64,000 nucleotides of DNA from a virus. The notes under the pieces were generated by a model. That model worked only from the letters and a program-made list of their open reading frames with translations. It was not told the DNA's origin and ran no database searches. The DNA is taken from positions 66,654-130,653 of IMG/VR virus record IMGVR_UViG_3300020156_000002. One strand, given 5' to 3'. This document shows positions 9,152-18,210 of this stretch, one piece after another (the first letter of the stretch is position 1; each line of letters begins with the position of its first letter). The translations under genes were made by a program, and so were the position numbers.

Positions 9152-9691
9152 TTAACTATTTTTCCAATTGGTATGTTCAAACAATCCTAATATAGTTTTA
9201 TTAACATTATTACCTTTAGTGAATATATAAGGATTAACAGTAATGGCTTTTACCATTATATTTGGATTATCTTTACATCCTGTTTTATGAATACCTATAA
9301 CACCTTTCTTTGTAAGAGAAGTTATAGTTTTCCTTAAAGCATCATAATGTATATTCATTTCTTCTGATAATTCTTTTACAGATAATATTTTTCCATTATG
9401 ATGACCACCTTTTCTAACGATACAATCGTCATAACAAATAAAATCTGCTAATGACATTGCAACTGCAAATTCTCCTTGTGTTAAATATTTTCTCAACTCA
9501 TTCACTCCTAAATATAATTTCACAAATTTTTCATTACTGTTAAAGTCGTAAATCTTATCATCTTCTTTTGGTTCTTTATATGGAACTATTTTATCTTTTT
9601 CATAAATATCATTTATAATTTCCCCTGTTTCTACATCTACAACATTTGCTATAAGTTTTCTTTCTTCGCATAATTCTTTCATTCGAGCCAC
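9152..9691 (-). CDS. RepL-like winged-helix DNA-binding protein
   Basis: VVDVETGEI, FVKLY, wHTH (LSVKELSEEMNI...LRKTITSLTKKGVI) and VNPYIFTKG, typical of Firmicute RepL/Rep_L proteins. Confidence 0.65.
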   Translation of the reverse strand: MARMKELCEERKLIANVVDVETGEIINDIYEKDKIVPYKEPKEDDKIYDFNSNEKFVKLYLGVNELRKYLTQGEFAVAMSLADFICYDDCIVRKGGHHNGKILSVKELSEEMNIHYDALRKTITSLTKKGVIGIHKTGCKDNPNIMVKAITVNPYIFTKGNNVNKTILGLFEHTNWKNS

Positions 9692-9849
9692 CTTTCAAGT
9701 AATTTTTTTAATATAAAATTAATCGTTGGACGTGAACTTGTTCACGGACAAAGTTGGGCTGAAAGCACAACTGCATTACATCAAAAATAGGAGAGAAGAC
9801 TACTATAGCAATCTCTCTCCTATACAATAAATTCCATCATTTATATTAC

Positions 9850-10575
9850 CTATTTATCGTTTACTAAAGCTTTAATTGTATTACTTCCAACCTCTCCATC
9901 TACTGTAATTTTACAAGATTGCTGAAATGCTTTTACATATTTTAAAGTATCTTTTCCAAAAACTCCATCTATAGATACATTGTAACCTGCTTCATTAAGT
10001 TCAAACTGTAGCCATTTAACACTTTCTCCCTTGCTACCTTTAACTAGCAGGCTTAAAGGTTTGTCGTATGGATTATTTTTCTTTGTTTTTGTAGCCACTG
10101 GTTCTTTAGATTCATCATAGTCTATATAATTAAAAGTTAACCAATGTGTAAAACGAGTATCAGAAATTTTACTTTTTACGCAGCCATAATTTATACCCTT
10201 TTCTTCAACACAATATCCATTTCCAATATAAACTCCCACATGACCGCTATGCCATAATACGGCTCCAATAGGAGCTTTATCTATATCTTTTATTAATCCT
10301 CTTTTTGATGCAGTAGAATATAATTGAGCAGAACCTAATATTTTATTGGTATACCAACTTATAAGACCTGAACAGTCGCAACAAACCTTACCTATAAATT
10401 TCTTAGCTTTAGATTTATAAACCAAAGTAAACATATTTGGATAATTTTTTGCTAAATTATTTAATCTATTTTCTGTAAAGATTCCATCTGCACCTTTCGC
10501 TCCGTAAACGTATGGAACCCCTAATTTACTAATTGCAAAATCAGCTAATCCTTTTCCAGTTAATTTATTTGCCAT
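9850..10575 (-). CDS. Endolysin: NlpC/P60-like peptidase plus PG_binding_1 domain
   Basis: YVYG, DCSGLI, GHVGVY; C-terminal LVKGSKGESVKWLQ...DGVFG...AFQ...DGEVG. Confidence 0.9.
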   Translation of the reverse strand: MANKLTGKGLADFAISKLGVPYVYGAKGADGIFTENRLNNLAKNYPNMFTLVYKSKAKKFIGKVCCDCSGLISWYTNKILGSAQLYSTASKRGLIKDIDKAPIGAVLWHSGHVGVYIGNGYCVEEKGINYGCVKSKISDTRFTHWLTFNYIDYDESKEPVATKTKKNNPYDKPLSLLVKGSKGESVKWLQFELNEAGYNVSIDGVFGKDTLKYVKAFQQSCKITVDGEVGSNTIKALVNDK

Positions 10576-10648
10576 AGTATTGCCTCCTTAAATAAATAAA
10601 AGAGGAGAGAAGATCAACTTCCCTCCAAGTATCAATTTTATAATAAAA

Positions 10649-11011
10649 TTATTCTTTTTTTGTATCTGTTCCAATAACAATATTTTTTATTGCACTGTTT
10701 GTTTCTAACAACTTTTTCATTTCTTCCAGAGCTTCATCCACCCATGCACTGAATGTCTCAAAAGAAACTAATTTTGCAGCCACAGGAAATTTAGTAATAA
10801 ACATGTCATATACGGTGCGAAGTTTTAATATTCCTGTTTGACTACCCAAGATTCTTTCTGCTTCTACTACAGCATACAGCAACCATTTTTTGATTTTCTT
10901 TACTTGATCCTTACTTGGGAGACCTACAAATTTATAAATTGCATATCCTATAGCTACTAATACTGCTATAACACCAACGATTACCATCCAATTGTTAATA
11001 ATAAAATCCAT
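10649..11011 (-). CDS. Holin (LL-H-like)
   Basis: N-terminal TM, WLLYAVVEAE...G.LKL..VY; next to the endolysin. Confidence 0.75.
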   Translation of the reverse strand: MDFIINNWMVIVGVIAVLVAIGYAIYKFVGLPSKDQVKKIKKWLLYAVVEAERILGSQTGILKLRTVYDMFITKFPVAAKLVSFETFSAWVDEALEEMKKLLETNSAIKNIVIGTDTKKE

Positions 11012-11069
11012 AATGAAACCTCCTATAATTAAAAAAGAACCATCTCTGGTTCAGTTAATAAGTACGATA

Positions 11070-11363
11070 TTATTCGACTTCTTTTGTCTCAACAGAAACA
11101 TCTTCAGTTAATCCTTTTTCTTTTAATTCATTATGTTTTTCACAAAATGTTTCAAAGAACGATTTTACAAGGTAAGGAACAAAAGTTCCAATTATAATAG
11201 TAACAACAGCTTTACTTAAGCTTTCGGCAATTTCTGTCTTTCCTATAAACGCCAATATATAGCTACATGTAACCCAGAAAACACCGCACCATAAAAGCCG
11301 ATTAGTCCATTTTTTAGTAAATGTTATAATTTGCTTATCTGTAAATTTGAATTTCTTTTTCAT
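11070..11363 (-). CDS. Two-TM membrane protein of the lysis cassette (holin-like)
   Basis: Two hydrophobic helices; position. Confidence 0.55.
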   Translation of the reverse strand: MKKKFKFTDKQIITFTKKWTNRLLWCGVFWVTCSYILAFIGKTEIAESLSKAVVTIIIGTFVPYLVKSFFETFCEKHNELKEKGLTEDVSVETKEVE

Positions 11364-11372
11364 CGCAGCCTC

Positions 11373-11783
11373 CTAATCAGAAACAATAAGTGGCAATTTG
11401 CGAACCTTATGTACAATTGTTGTTACGTAACTATTAGCGTGTAAAATCTCAGTATAAACTGTATACATGTCCTCTATTGCCTGTAATTGATATTGGTCTA
11501 TTTCTTTTCTTTCAAGTGCATCATTACAAGCCGATACAATACTATATCTAATTTGTATTTTTGTTATTTCGAATAATGCATCAAATTTTAATAACAAGTC
11601 TTTATAAGATGACTTTAATTCATTAATTTCTTTGCTGTGATTATTTACTGTCTCATGAAAATCTTCATTAGCCTTTTTTATTTTGTAAGCTTTATTAAAA
11701 TTAGTCCAGAACCACCCCCCTATATTAATTAACGCTAATACAATTCCTATTACTAACCCCGCATTTTGATTTAACCATTCCAT
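11373..11783 (-). CDS. TM plus coiled-coil lysis-cassette protein (holin/antiholin-like)
   Basis: N-terminal TM; ...IEDMY..Y..L..NSYV...KV..LP C-terminus common in Firmicutes phage lysis cassettes. Confidence 0.55.
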   Translation of the reverse strand: MEWLNQNAGLVIGIVLALINIGGWFWTNFNKAYKIKKANEDFHETVNNHSKEINELKSSYKDLLLKFDALFEITKIQIRYSIVSACNDALERKEIDQYQLQAIEDMYTVYTEILHANSYVTTIVHKVRKLPLIVSD

Positions 11784-11838
11784 AACCCATTTACACTCAT
11801 CCTTTCTTTTATTATAAGCAGTAGTGATTATTTACTAC

Positions 11839-11938
11839 TTGCCAAATTATGGATTTGTGCTATAATAACATATAGCGCATTCCATGCGTAGAGAAGGACA
11901 TACTCCCCAGTAAAGAGATTTATCCTTCTCTTTTTTTA
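11839..11938 (+). ncRNA. Candidate antisense sRNA unit upstream of the lysis cassette
   Basis: TTGCCA-16-TATAAT with TG extension, small hairpin, then AGAGAAGGA/TCCTTCTCT stem and T run. Confidence 0.55.
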
Positions 11939-11999
11939 TTGCATTTAAAGACATTTTTGGCATAAAAATAACTAGGTATAAATCTATACTTAGTTAGGA

Positions 12000-14297
12000 T
12001 TATTCCATATTGTTTATTATTTTTTTAATTAACCATTTACTAAAATTCACATAGCTAGTACGGTCATTTGTGTGAAATCTGTGTATAGTATGTCCTATTC
12101 CATGCTGAACACCACCTCCACTTGTAAATAAAACAGTATCTTCAATAAAACTAAAAGGTTCTGTTATATTTGTTCCATTTTCACTGTTATATTGTTGTAC
12201 ATATGTTTGGTAATTATTATTAAAAAGCATTGGTATAATAGAAGCACACCATATATTTCTTGTATCAGCCATTAAAGTAGTAGTATCGTGATTTTGACTG
12301 AGATATGTTTGGAAATCAGATGTGTCTTTACTATAGTAATATAAAAACCATTTAAACAAGTTTGATGTAGTTGAATCAAATAATTCGTTGTATTGAGCGT
12401 TAAAATATGAAGTATCATTTCCAGTTGTCCACAATCCATTCTGGAAGCAAGGAATCCAATAAATAGGCAAGCCGGAATTCATTATGTTCAAGTAAGCATA
12501 CTCGTTTAGCCACACATTTGTTTCTAGGTAAGTTCCCTCATAATCACCTGCAAATACATAAATTTTATCTACTTTATCTATAAACAAGGATGGATTTCTA
12601 TTATATGCAGATGATATATCTCTCATACTTCCTACTCCTAAAATAGTTGTCTTTTGATTTGCTTTTTTGATTTTTTCTAACAATATTTCTATATTATTTT
12701 GTGTTTGAATACTAGCACTTAATCCTATTTTATCAGAATCCGATAAATTAACATCCAACCCAAGATAGTAAGAAATATTTTTGTTTGTTACAGTATTTAG
12801 ATTATCTATTATTTCAGTTCCAGTAGAATTTAATGTAGCAATATCTCCTCTGTCCAAAGATATAGTTAGTGCAATTTGTATTAATGAATAAGCCATAACA
12901 GTATCAAAGTAATCATCAAAATCACCATTTTTTTGTATATCAGTGGATAGTATTACATTGTTTGGTAATGCCTGAATAGTATTATCAACATTTATAATAT
13001 TCCAAGCAAGGCTCCATCCCGTAGTAACATTTCCATATCTATAAAATAGTTTATCACTTGTATAAAAATACTGCAAAAAAGCATTTACTTCATTATCTAA
13101 TGACCTTACCGTTATTAATGTATACCATGTATATCCTAAAATATTATATAATCCAAGCGCAATCGTGTGTGATAAGTTGGTTGTTATTCCTAGTGGAAAT
13201 TCGTCTGGTGTTGGCATGGTATCATATAAAGAATTCCCCTTACCGTTAAGTTTAGTTAATTCATCAACTTCGTTTACAGCACTAACCAAATCAGCGTTTG
13301 ATTGGGTTTGGAGTTGAGATTTGTCACCAATATATTTGAAAATGTCAGTAGCTTTATTTTCGGTGTCATATACAGTTGTCATCATATTGCCACCAGTACC
13401 ATCCGCACCTTTCGCAGCAATACATTTCCACCACGTATTATCTGCATTAGCTATAGGAGAATGTCCTGAGTTAGCAGTAGTGGGGGATATACATTGGTAT
13501 GAGGCGCCAAACTTTGTTATATGATTACCAACAATATAATTTTTTGTGTCATCATATGTTTCTAGTATTTTATAAGCGTCATAAAATTCTTGTCTTGTTG
13601 TTTCGGCAGTAGCTCTATTTGTTTCAGCAATCACCCTTAATGCTTCAGCACTTTGTATGGTAGTATTTGTTTGATTTGCAGTATTAGCTGCATTAGTGGC
13701 ATCAGTTGCTGCATCATTTGCTAAAGTAGCCTTTTCATCAGCAAGAGTGGCTTTTGAATCTGCTAAAGTAGCTTTTTCATTTGCTAAAGTTGCTGCAGCA
13801 TTAGCAGAAGTTGCGGCATTGTTTGCATTTGTAGTGGCTGTTTTACATGCTTCTACCTGTGTAACCACATCTCCGACTTTTAATAAAGCTTCTGTTAAAG
13901 CGGTAAATTCTCCAGTTTTTACAATAAACTGTTCTATATTCACACCTTTTTCAATTAACATAGTTGATGCAAATGTAGAAGTTGTTCCACCAGTGGCAGA
14001 ATCAACAATTGTAAAAGTACAAGGGTGTCTTCCGTTTAATGCAGAAATCGCAGAAGTAACAGTAAATTTAATTTTTCCATCAGTTGTAACAGGGCAATTA
14101 TTAAAAATTGGTTCTGCATTTACACGAGACATAGAAAATGTAACCTGTGCAGTTGATGGGACTATGTAGTCATCTGATCCATTTACAAGTTTTATGTAAA
14201 AAACTCTGTCTATATTGTCTCCTTGTGGTATATCAATATAACAATATTCGGTTCTTTTACTAATATTAAGAGTTATTTCCTGTGGTATAAGTGCCAT
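12000..14297 (-). CDS. BppU-like baseplate/fibre protein with coiled coil and C-terminal nucleoside-hydrolase-like domain
   Basis: N-terminal QGD..R BppU/DUF2479-like domain, Ala-rich heptads, C-terminal VILSTD...DFDD...ETNVWLN...SGLPIYWIP. Confidence 0.7.
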   Translation of the reverse strand: MALIPQEITLNISKRTEYCYIDIPQGDNIDRVFYIKLVNGSDDYIVPSTAQVTFSMSRVNAEPIFNNCPVTTDGKIKFTVTSAISALNGRHPCTFTIVDSATGGTTSTFASTMLIEKGVNIEQFIVKTGEFTALTEALLKVGDVVTQVEACKTATTNANNAATSANAAATLANEKATLADSKATLADEKATLANDAATDATNAANTANQTNTTIQSAEALRVIAETNRATAETTRQEFYDAYKILETYDDTKNYIVGNHITKFGASYQCISPTTANSGHSPIANADNTWWKCIAAKGADGTGGNMMTTVYDTENKATDIFKYIGDKSQLQTQSNADLVSAVNEVDELTKLNGKGNSLYDTMPTPDEFPLGITTNLSHTIALGLYNILGYTWYTLITVRSLDNEVNAFLQYFYTSDKLFYRYGNVTTGWSLAWNIINVDNTIQALPNNVILSTDIQKNGDFDDYFDTVMAYSLIQIALTISLDRGDIATLNSTGTEIIDNLNTVTNKNISYYLGLDVNLSDSDKIGLSASIQTQNNIEILLEKIKKANQKTTILGVGSMRDISSAYNRNPSLFIDKVDKIYVFAGDYEGTYLETNVWLNEYAYLNIMNSGLPIYWIPCFQNGLWTTGNDTSYFNAQYNELFDSTTSNLFKWFLYYYSKDTSDFQTYLSQNHDTTTLMADTRNIWCASIIPMLFNNNYQTYVQQYNSENGTNITEPFSFIEDTVLFTSGGGVQHGIGHTIHRFHTNDRTSYVNFSKWLIKKIINNME

Positions 14298-14414
14298 AAA
14301 TTACCTCCTTTATGTAAAAATATGTAAGTTGATTAGTCAAAAATAGCTATATTTAGTATCAAATAATACCAAATATAGCCTTAAATTCATGATAAAAGTG
14401 TTATTTTATTAGGT

Positions 14415-14603
14415 CTACTTGTTTGCTTCATTTTTTGAGTTGTCTTGGATAATTGGGTGAGTTAAAACATCAAACACAAATCCCATTCCAGTAATGTTAT
14501 TTACTCCTGCAACTGGGAGAGTATTAAGAAAGTTTAATACCTGTTCAATCTTGGCTCCATCATATAAAGCTGTTTTTATTTCTTGGTTCATATCTTTTTC
14601 CAT
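14415..14603 (-). CDS. Small tail-associated hypothetical protein
   Basis: 62 aa, strong SD GAGGAGG; precedes the baseplate gene. Confidence 0.55.
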   Translation of the reverse strand: MEKDMNQEIKTALYDGAKIEQVLNFLNTLPVAGVNNITGMGFVFDVLTHPIIQDNSKNEANK

Positions 14604-14680
14604 TTAAAATTCCTCCTCTTTTGCGCATAATAAAAACACTCCCTGAATAGAAGAGTGTTTTATAAAATTCATATTATAAT

Positions 14681-15025
14681 TTAATAATAAATCCTTATAA
14701 AGCCATCATAACTTTCACCTACAAGAACAATAGTTATATAATTCCCATCACTATGATATTGAATCATATCAACATTATCAGCAAGAAAAGAGTGCAATGC
14801 ATATTGGTTGTCCCACAATATTTCATCTGCATCACTACAAATCACGATACCTTGAACTAATTCCATTGTTAGATTGTATAACTCATAAGTACAGGGTTCA
14901 TCGTTATCACTAATCCATTCTATGATAGTATAATGGTGAGGTGCTTGCCAATTATCATATTCTTCTAAAAATTCAATAAGATGATTAATTCTTGATTCTT
15001 GAACAGTAGGATAGATGTTAAGCAT
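14681..15025 (-). CDS. Small acidic protein, paralog family A (copy 1)
   Basis: Aligns with 31357-31740; start overlaps the antirepressor stop (ATGCTTAA). Confidence 0.7.
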   Translation of the reverse strand: MLNIYPTVQESRINHLIEFLEEYDNWQAPHHYTIIEWISDNDEPCTYELYNLTMELVQGIVICSDADEILWDNQYALHSFLADNVDMIQYHSDGNYITIVLVGESYDGFIRIYY

Positions 15026-15812
15026 TGGCGTGTGCCTCCTGCAATTTTTCTAAATCAAATTCATCTTGCATATCCTTTTTGTTAATAAGTTTATATATGT
15101 AATTTAATCCTTTGGGTGAAACCAATGTAACACTACCAATCTTACCATGCCTAGTTTCTTCTACAACCACTTTGAACATTCCATTATTTCTAAATCTTCC
15201 ATATGGAACATTATAATTGCTTTGGCGAGTTAGAACTTTATTTTTTCTCAAGAAATCCATTAATTTTGTCCTACCGATTTCTACCATTCCTGCAACATCT
15301 ATAAATTGAAGATATCCATCTGAGTCCATTAAATCTGAATATGCTTGTGCTTTTGGTTTTAATTCTGATATAATAGTATTCTTTTCTTGGATGGTTTTTT
15401 CTGCAATTTTTAATGCCTTTGCCATAATTAATTCTGGTGAATCCTCTTTAGAAATAGGAATATAACCGCCTGTAAGACGAATTTGTTTTAGATATTTTTT
15501 GATTTCATTCTTTAATGGTTTAGATTCTTTTTTACGTGAAGCCATTAGTGTATCATATAGACCATCTTCATTTACAAATACCTTTTCTTGTTCTCCTCCA
15601 AGGGTGTCAATTAAAAATACACCCTTTTGATCGTCTGATAATTCAGCACTTTTAATCATTTGCCTGTAATTTGATATTCCAAGCCAATTTGCAATATCAG
15701 ATGGTAAAAAATATGGATTTTCGATGCTTCCATAAAAATTAATTTCTTTTCCTAGTATTTCTTTCCTGCATACAATTTGTAATTTTACTTTTTTCATATT
15801 CATTTCCTCCAA
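15018..15812 (-). CDS. BRO-N plus KilAC (ANT) antirepressor
   Basis: YGSIENPYF...VNEDGLY..LM.SRK...IR.TGGY; ELKPKA; TLVSPKGL. Confidence 0.9.
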   Translation of the reverse strand: MEEMNMKKVKLQIVCRKEILGKEINFYGSIENPYFLPSDIANWLGISNYRQMIKSAELSDDQKGVFLIDTLGGEQEKVFVNEDGLYDTLMASRKKESKPLKNEIKKYLKQIRLTGGYIPISKEDSPELIMAKALKIAEKTIQEKNTIISELKPKAQAYSDLMDSDGYLQFIDVAGMVEIGRTKLMDFLRKNKVLTRQSNYNVPYGRFRNNGMFKVVVEETRHGKIGSVTLVSPKGLNYIYKLINKKDMQDEFDLEKLQEAHANA

Positions 15813-15819
15813 AATATAA

Positions 15820-15921
15820 TTGATAATATTCTGAAAGCATGATATAATAACAATATAAGAACAACATTCTTATGTATTGCAGTCACTTATTCTTTTCGAC
15901 GAGAGAGTGGCTGCATTTTAT
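15820..15921 (+). ncRNA. Candidate antisense sRNA in the HTH-antirepressor intergenic region
   Basis: TTGATA-17-TATAAT with TG extension; hairpin ATAAGAA/TTCTTAT; terminator TGCAGTCACT/AGTGGCTGCA plus T run. Confidence 0.6.
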
Positions 15922-16130
15922 TTATTCCTATTCAATTTGTTTCCGATTTTTTCAACGGCTTCTAGGCTAAACAAATAGTTCCTTTTCCCTGCTTCACGCA
16001 TCTCAGACTCATCTAAATCTAATGATTGAGCAACTCTTATTATATAGCTAGGAGTCATATCAAATTTCTTGGCAACTTCAGTAGTAATAAATATATTGCG
16101 AACGTCGTTTCTTTTATCGTTCATATTCAT
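15918..16130 (-). CDS. Small HTH DNA-binding protein
   Basis: ITTEVAKKFDMTPSYII...NYLF; own promoter TTGACA-17-TATGAT at about 16151-16179 (-). Confidence 0.7.
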   Translation of the reverse strand: MNMNDKRNDVRNIFITTEVAKKFDMTPSYIIRVAQSLDLDESEMREAGKRNYLFSLEAVEKIGNKLNRNK

Positions 16131-16311
16131 ACCTCCTTGTTACGTAGATAATCATAACATGTAACAAGTCATATGTCAATACTAAATATGAAGAAATTAA
16201 CATTATTTTTCCCATCAAAAAAGCACTCTCCAAAGTAGAAGGGTGTTAAGTTGATTAATAATAATAATAAAAGCCTTGGAAATCCAAATAAGGCAACCAA
16301 AGCTTGATTAT

Positions 16312-16707
16312 TTATAAGTTATCTATGATATGTTCATATTCATCTAAACTATGTATAAATTTAATTAATTTTTCAAAGAATGTTGTGTCTAAGTTTCCTA
16401 TTACTTCGAAATCTAATTTTTTTCTATCAAAATAATAAAATTGTTCTGCTTTGATATATCCATCTTTTGTATTGCCATTTAAAACATTACTATCATTGTG
16501 AGTTATTTCAAAATTTCCAGGATACTCTAACTTTTTTAATCTTTGTTGAGGGGAAGAAAATGAAGACATAACATTACACATTAAATTATAATCCAATCCT
16601 TCTATTTTCCCATGCTCAACATTTAATACTACAAAAGAATGCTTGTCTATTTCTTTACCTTGACTAATATAACTCTTAACTAAAATAATATCCCCAACTT
16701 TGCACAT
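16312..16707 (-). CDS. PemK/MazF-like toxin
   Basis: KVGDIILV...KHSFVVL...MSS...GYIKAEQ...IGNL pattern. Confidence 0.6.
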   Translation of the reverse strand: MCKVGDIILVKSYISQGKEIDKHSFVVLNVEHGKIEGLDYNLMCNVMSSFSSPQQRLKKLEYPGNFEITHNDSNVLNGNTKDGYIKAEQFYYFDRKKLDFEVIGNLDTTFFEKLIKFIHSLDEYEHIIDNL

Positions 16708-16710
16708 TTA

Positions 16711-16941
16711 TTATTCCTCATTATTTGCTTTTGTAATTATAACTTTTTTATTTCCATTCAATACTTCATTGTCCCAAATTATTGGAGTTACATCTTTTAA
16801 TGCTTCTTTAGATGATATAATCTTAGATTTCTTTGTGTTTATTATATTCATATTCAATGTAGCATATCCAGCAGCACTCATAGAATTATCCTCCTCTTTC
16901 TTATCAAAATCATTTTTATTGTCTCTCATATATATCACCAA
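16711..16941 (-). CDS. Putative antitoxin of the MazF-like toxin
   Basis: 76-aa gene ending 3 nt before the toxin; sigmaA-like promoter TTGTCC-17-TATACT at about 17057-17085 (-). Confidence 0.5.
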   Translation of the reverse strand: MVIYMRDNKNDFDKKEEDNSMSAAGYATLNMNIINTKKSKIISSKEALKDVTPIIWDNEVLNGNKKVIITKANNEE

Positions 16942-17218
16942 CTTTCTAACATATTTTATAATAAGTATTTACCATATAATATGTAGTATTCAGTTTGTAG
17001 ATAATATATGTTAGTAGAAGTGTTACGTTTTGTCAAATAATACTTCCGTTTAGTTAAGTATACCACTGTTACAAATTTTGGACAAGTATAAAATGGTGAA
17101 ATTTTCATTAAAAAATATTGGAGTCTGAGAGAGTATTTTTTTTAATCGAATTGAGCGTCCTATATGATATCAAAAAAGCACCTACCTTGTGAGTAAGTGC
17201 TTAATGATTTTTACATAA

Positions 17219-17782
17219 CTAATAATCCTTATGTTTTGCCGTGGTATAATAAAGATTATTCATATCTTTAAAGTAGGCGATATTACTTTCTATATTATAT
17301 ACTAATTTATTATCTACAGTTAAAAAACTAATACCAAATTCACTTGCTAAACTTGCATTAAAAGCATCTGCACTACCCAAAGCTTTACATGTTTCTACTT
17401 GCTTTAAATATGTATCTTTGTCTCCATCTAATGGAATAAGAATATCATTGTCGATTAATATTTTTAACGAACTCAATGTATTCTTTTCAATTTCATCTTT
17501 TTGTTTATCAGTCAGTACTATTTCTGGATGTTTTTCAAGATAATTATTGATAGTCTTCCTGTGGGTTGTAAGATGAGTGATTTCATTTAAAACACATGGA
17601 TTAATATACAAAAAGATTGCATTATCATTATTAAAAATGTGATTTTCAAACAGTGTCTTAACAGTAGTGTGCCATGTATCATGCTCGCTTAGATATGCAA
17701 TTAATACACCTGTATCTAATAGTATATCTTCTTTTTCTAAAAAGCCATTAAATGACCTATCATTAAAGTTAATTTTTTGCAT
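17219..17782 (-). CDS. vapC: PIN-domain (VapC-like) toxin
   Basis: LLDTGVL, LNEI, SADAF and FLTVDNKL acidic PIN residues. Confidence 0.85.
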   Translation of the reverse strand: MQKINFNDRSFNGFLEKEDILLDTGVLIAYLSEHDTWHTTVKTLFENHIFNNDNAIFLYINPCVLNEITHLTTHRKTINNYLEKHPEIVLTDKQKDEIEKNTLSSLKILIDNDILIPLDGDKDTYLKQVETCKALGSADAFNASLASEFGISFLTVDNKLVYNIESNIAYFKDMNNLYYTTAKHKDY

Positions 17783-17978
17783 ACTTCATCTCATCCCTCA
17801 TTTTGTTGATATCGAGAGGAGATTTAACAGTACCAAGCAATTTCTTTAATATTTCTTTTTTATCGGCTGTTAATCCATTGATATTAGTCTTGTCTATTTT
17901 TTTTAACATAATATCATCCTCCTTGGTTGATTCATCTTTTATTGGTTTATCCTTGTTCTCATTCATATTCACCACCAC
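17769..17978 (-). CDS. Putative VapB-like antitoxin
   Basis: Small charged ORF overlapping the PIN start; LKKLLGTVK..DINKMRDE; promoter TTGACA-18-CATAAT upstream. Confidence 0.65.
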   Translation of the reverse strand: MVVNMNENKDKPIKDESTKEDDIMLKKIDKTNINGLTADKKEILKKLLGTVKSPLDINKMRDEMKYAKN

Positions 17979-18210
17979 CTTTACTTGATTATAAACGATA
18001 GTATTTACACTTTTTGTAAAAGTATGGCGGTAAACATAAATAATTAACCACTAAGCTGTAACATAATATTACAATTTATATTTATATTATGGCACTTTAT
18101 ACATATAATGTCAACAGATTATTCTGTGAATATTGGGAAATGTTTGGTTTGGGAGAGGTGATAAGCATAATAAAAGAGCAATGAAAATTAACTCATTACT
18201 CTTTTATATA

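Noticed and set aside
9731-9746. LexA/DinR (Cheo) box
   Set aside because: Spacer is 2 bp (GAAC-TT-GTTC) rather than GAAC-N4-GTTC
13675-13830. 21-bp tandem repeats in the baseplate gene
   Set aside because: They encode ordinary Ala-rich heptads (KATLADE) of a coiled-coil shaft
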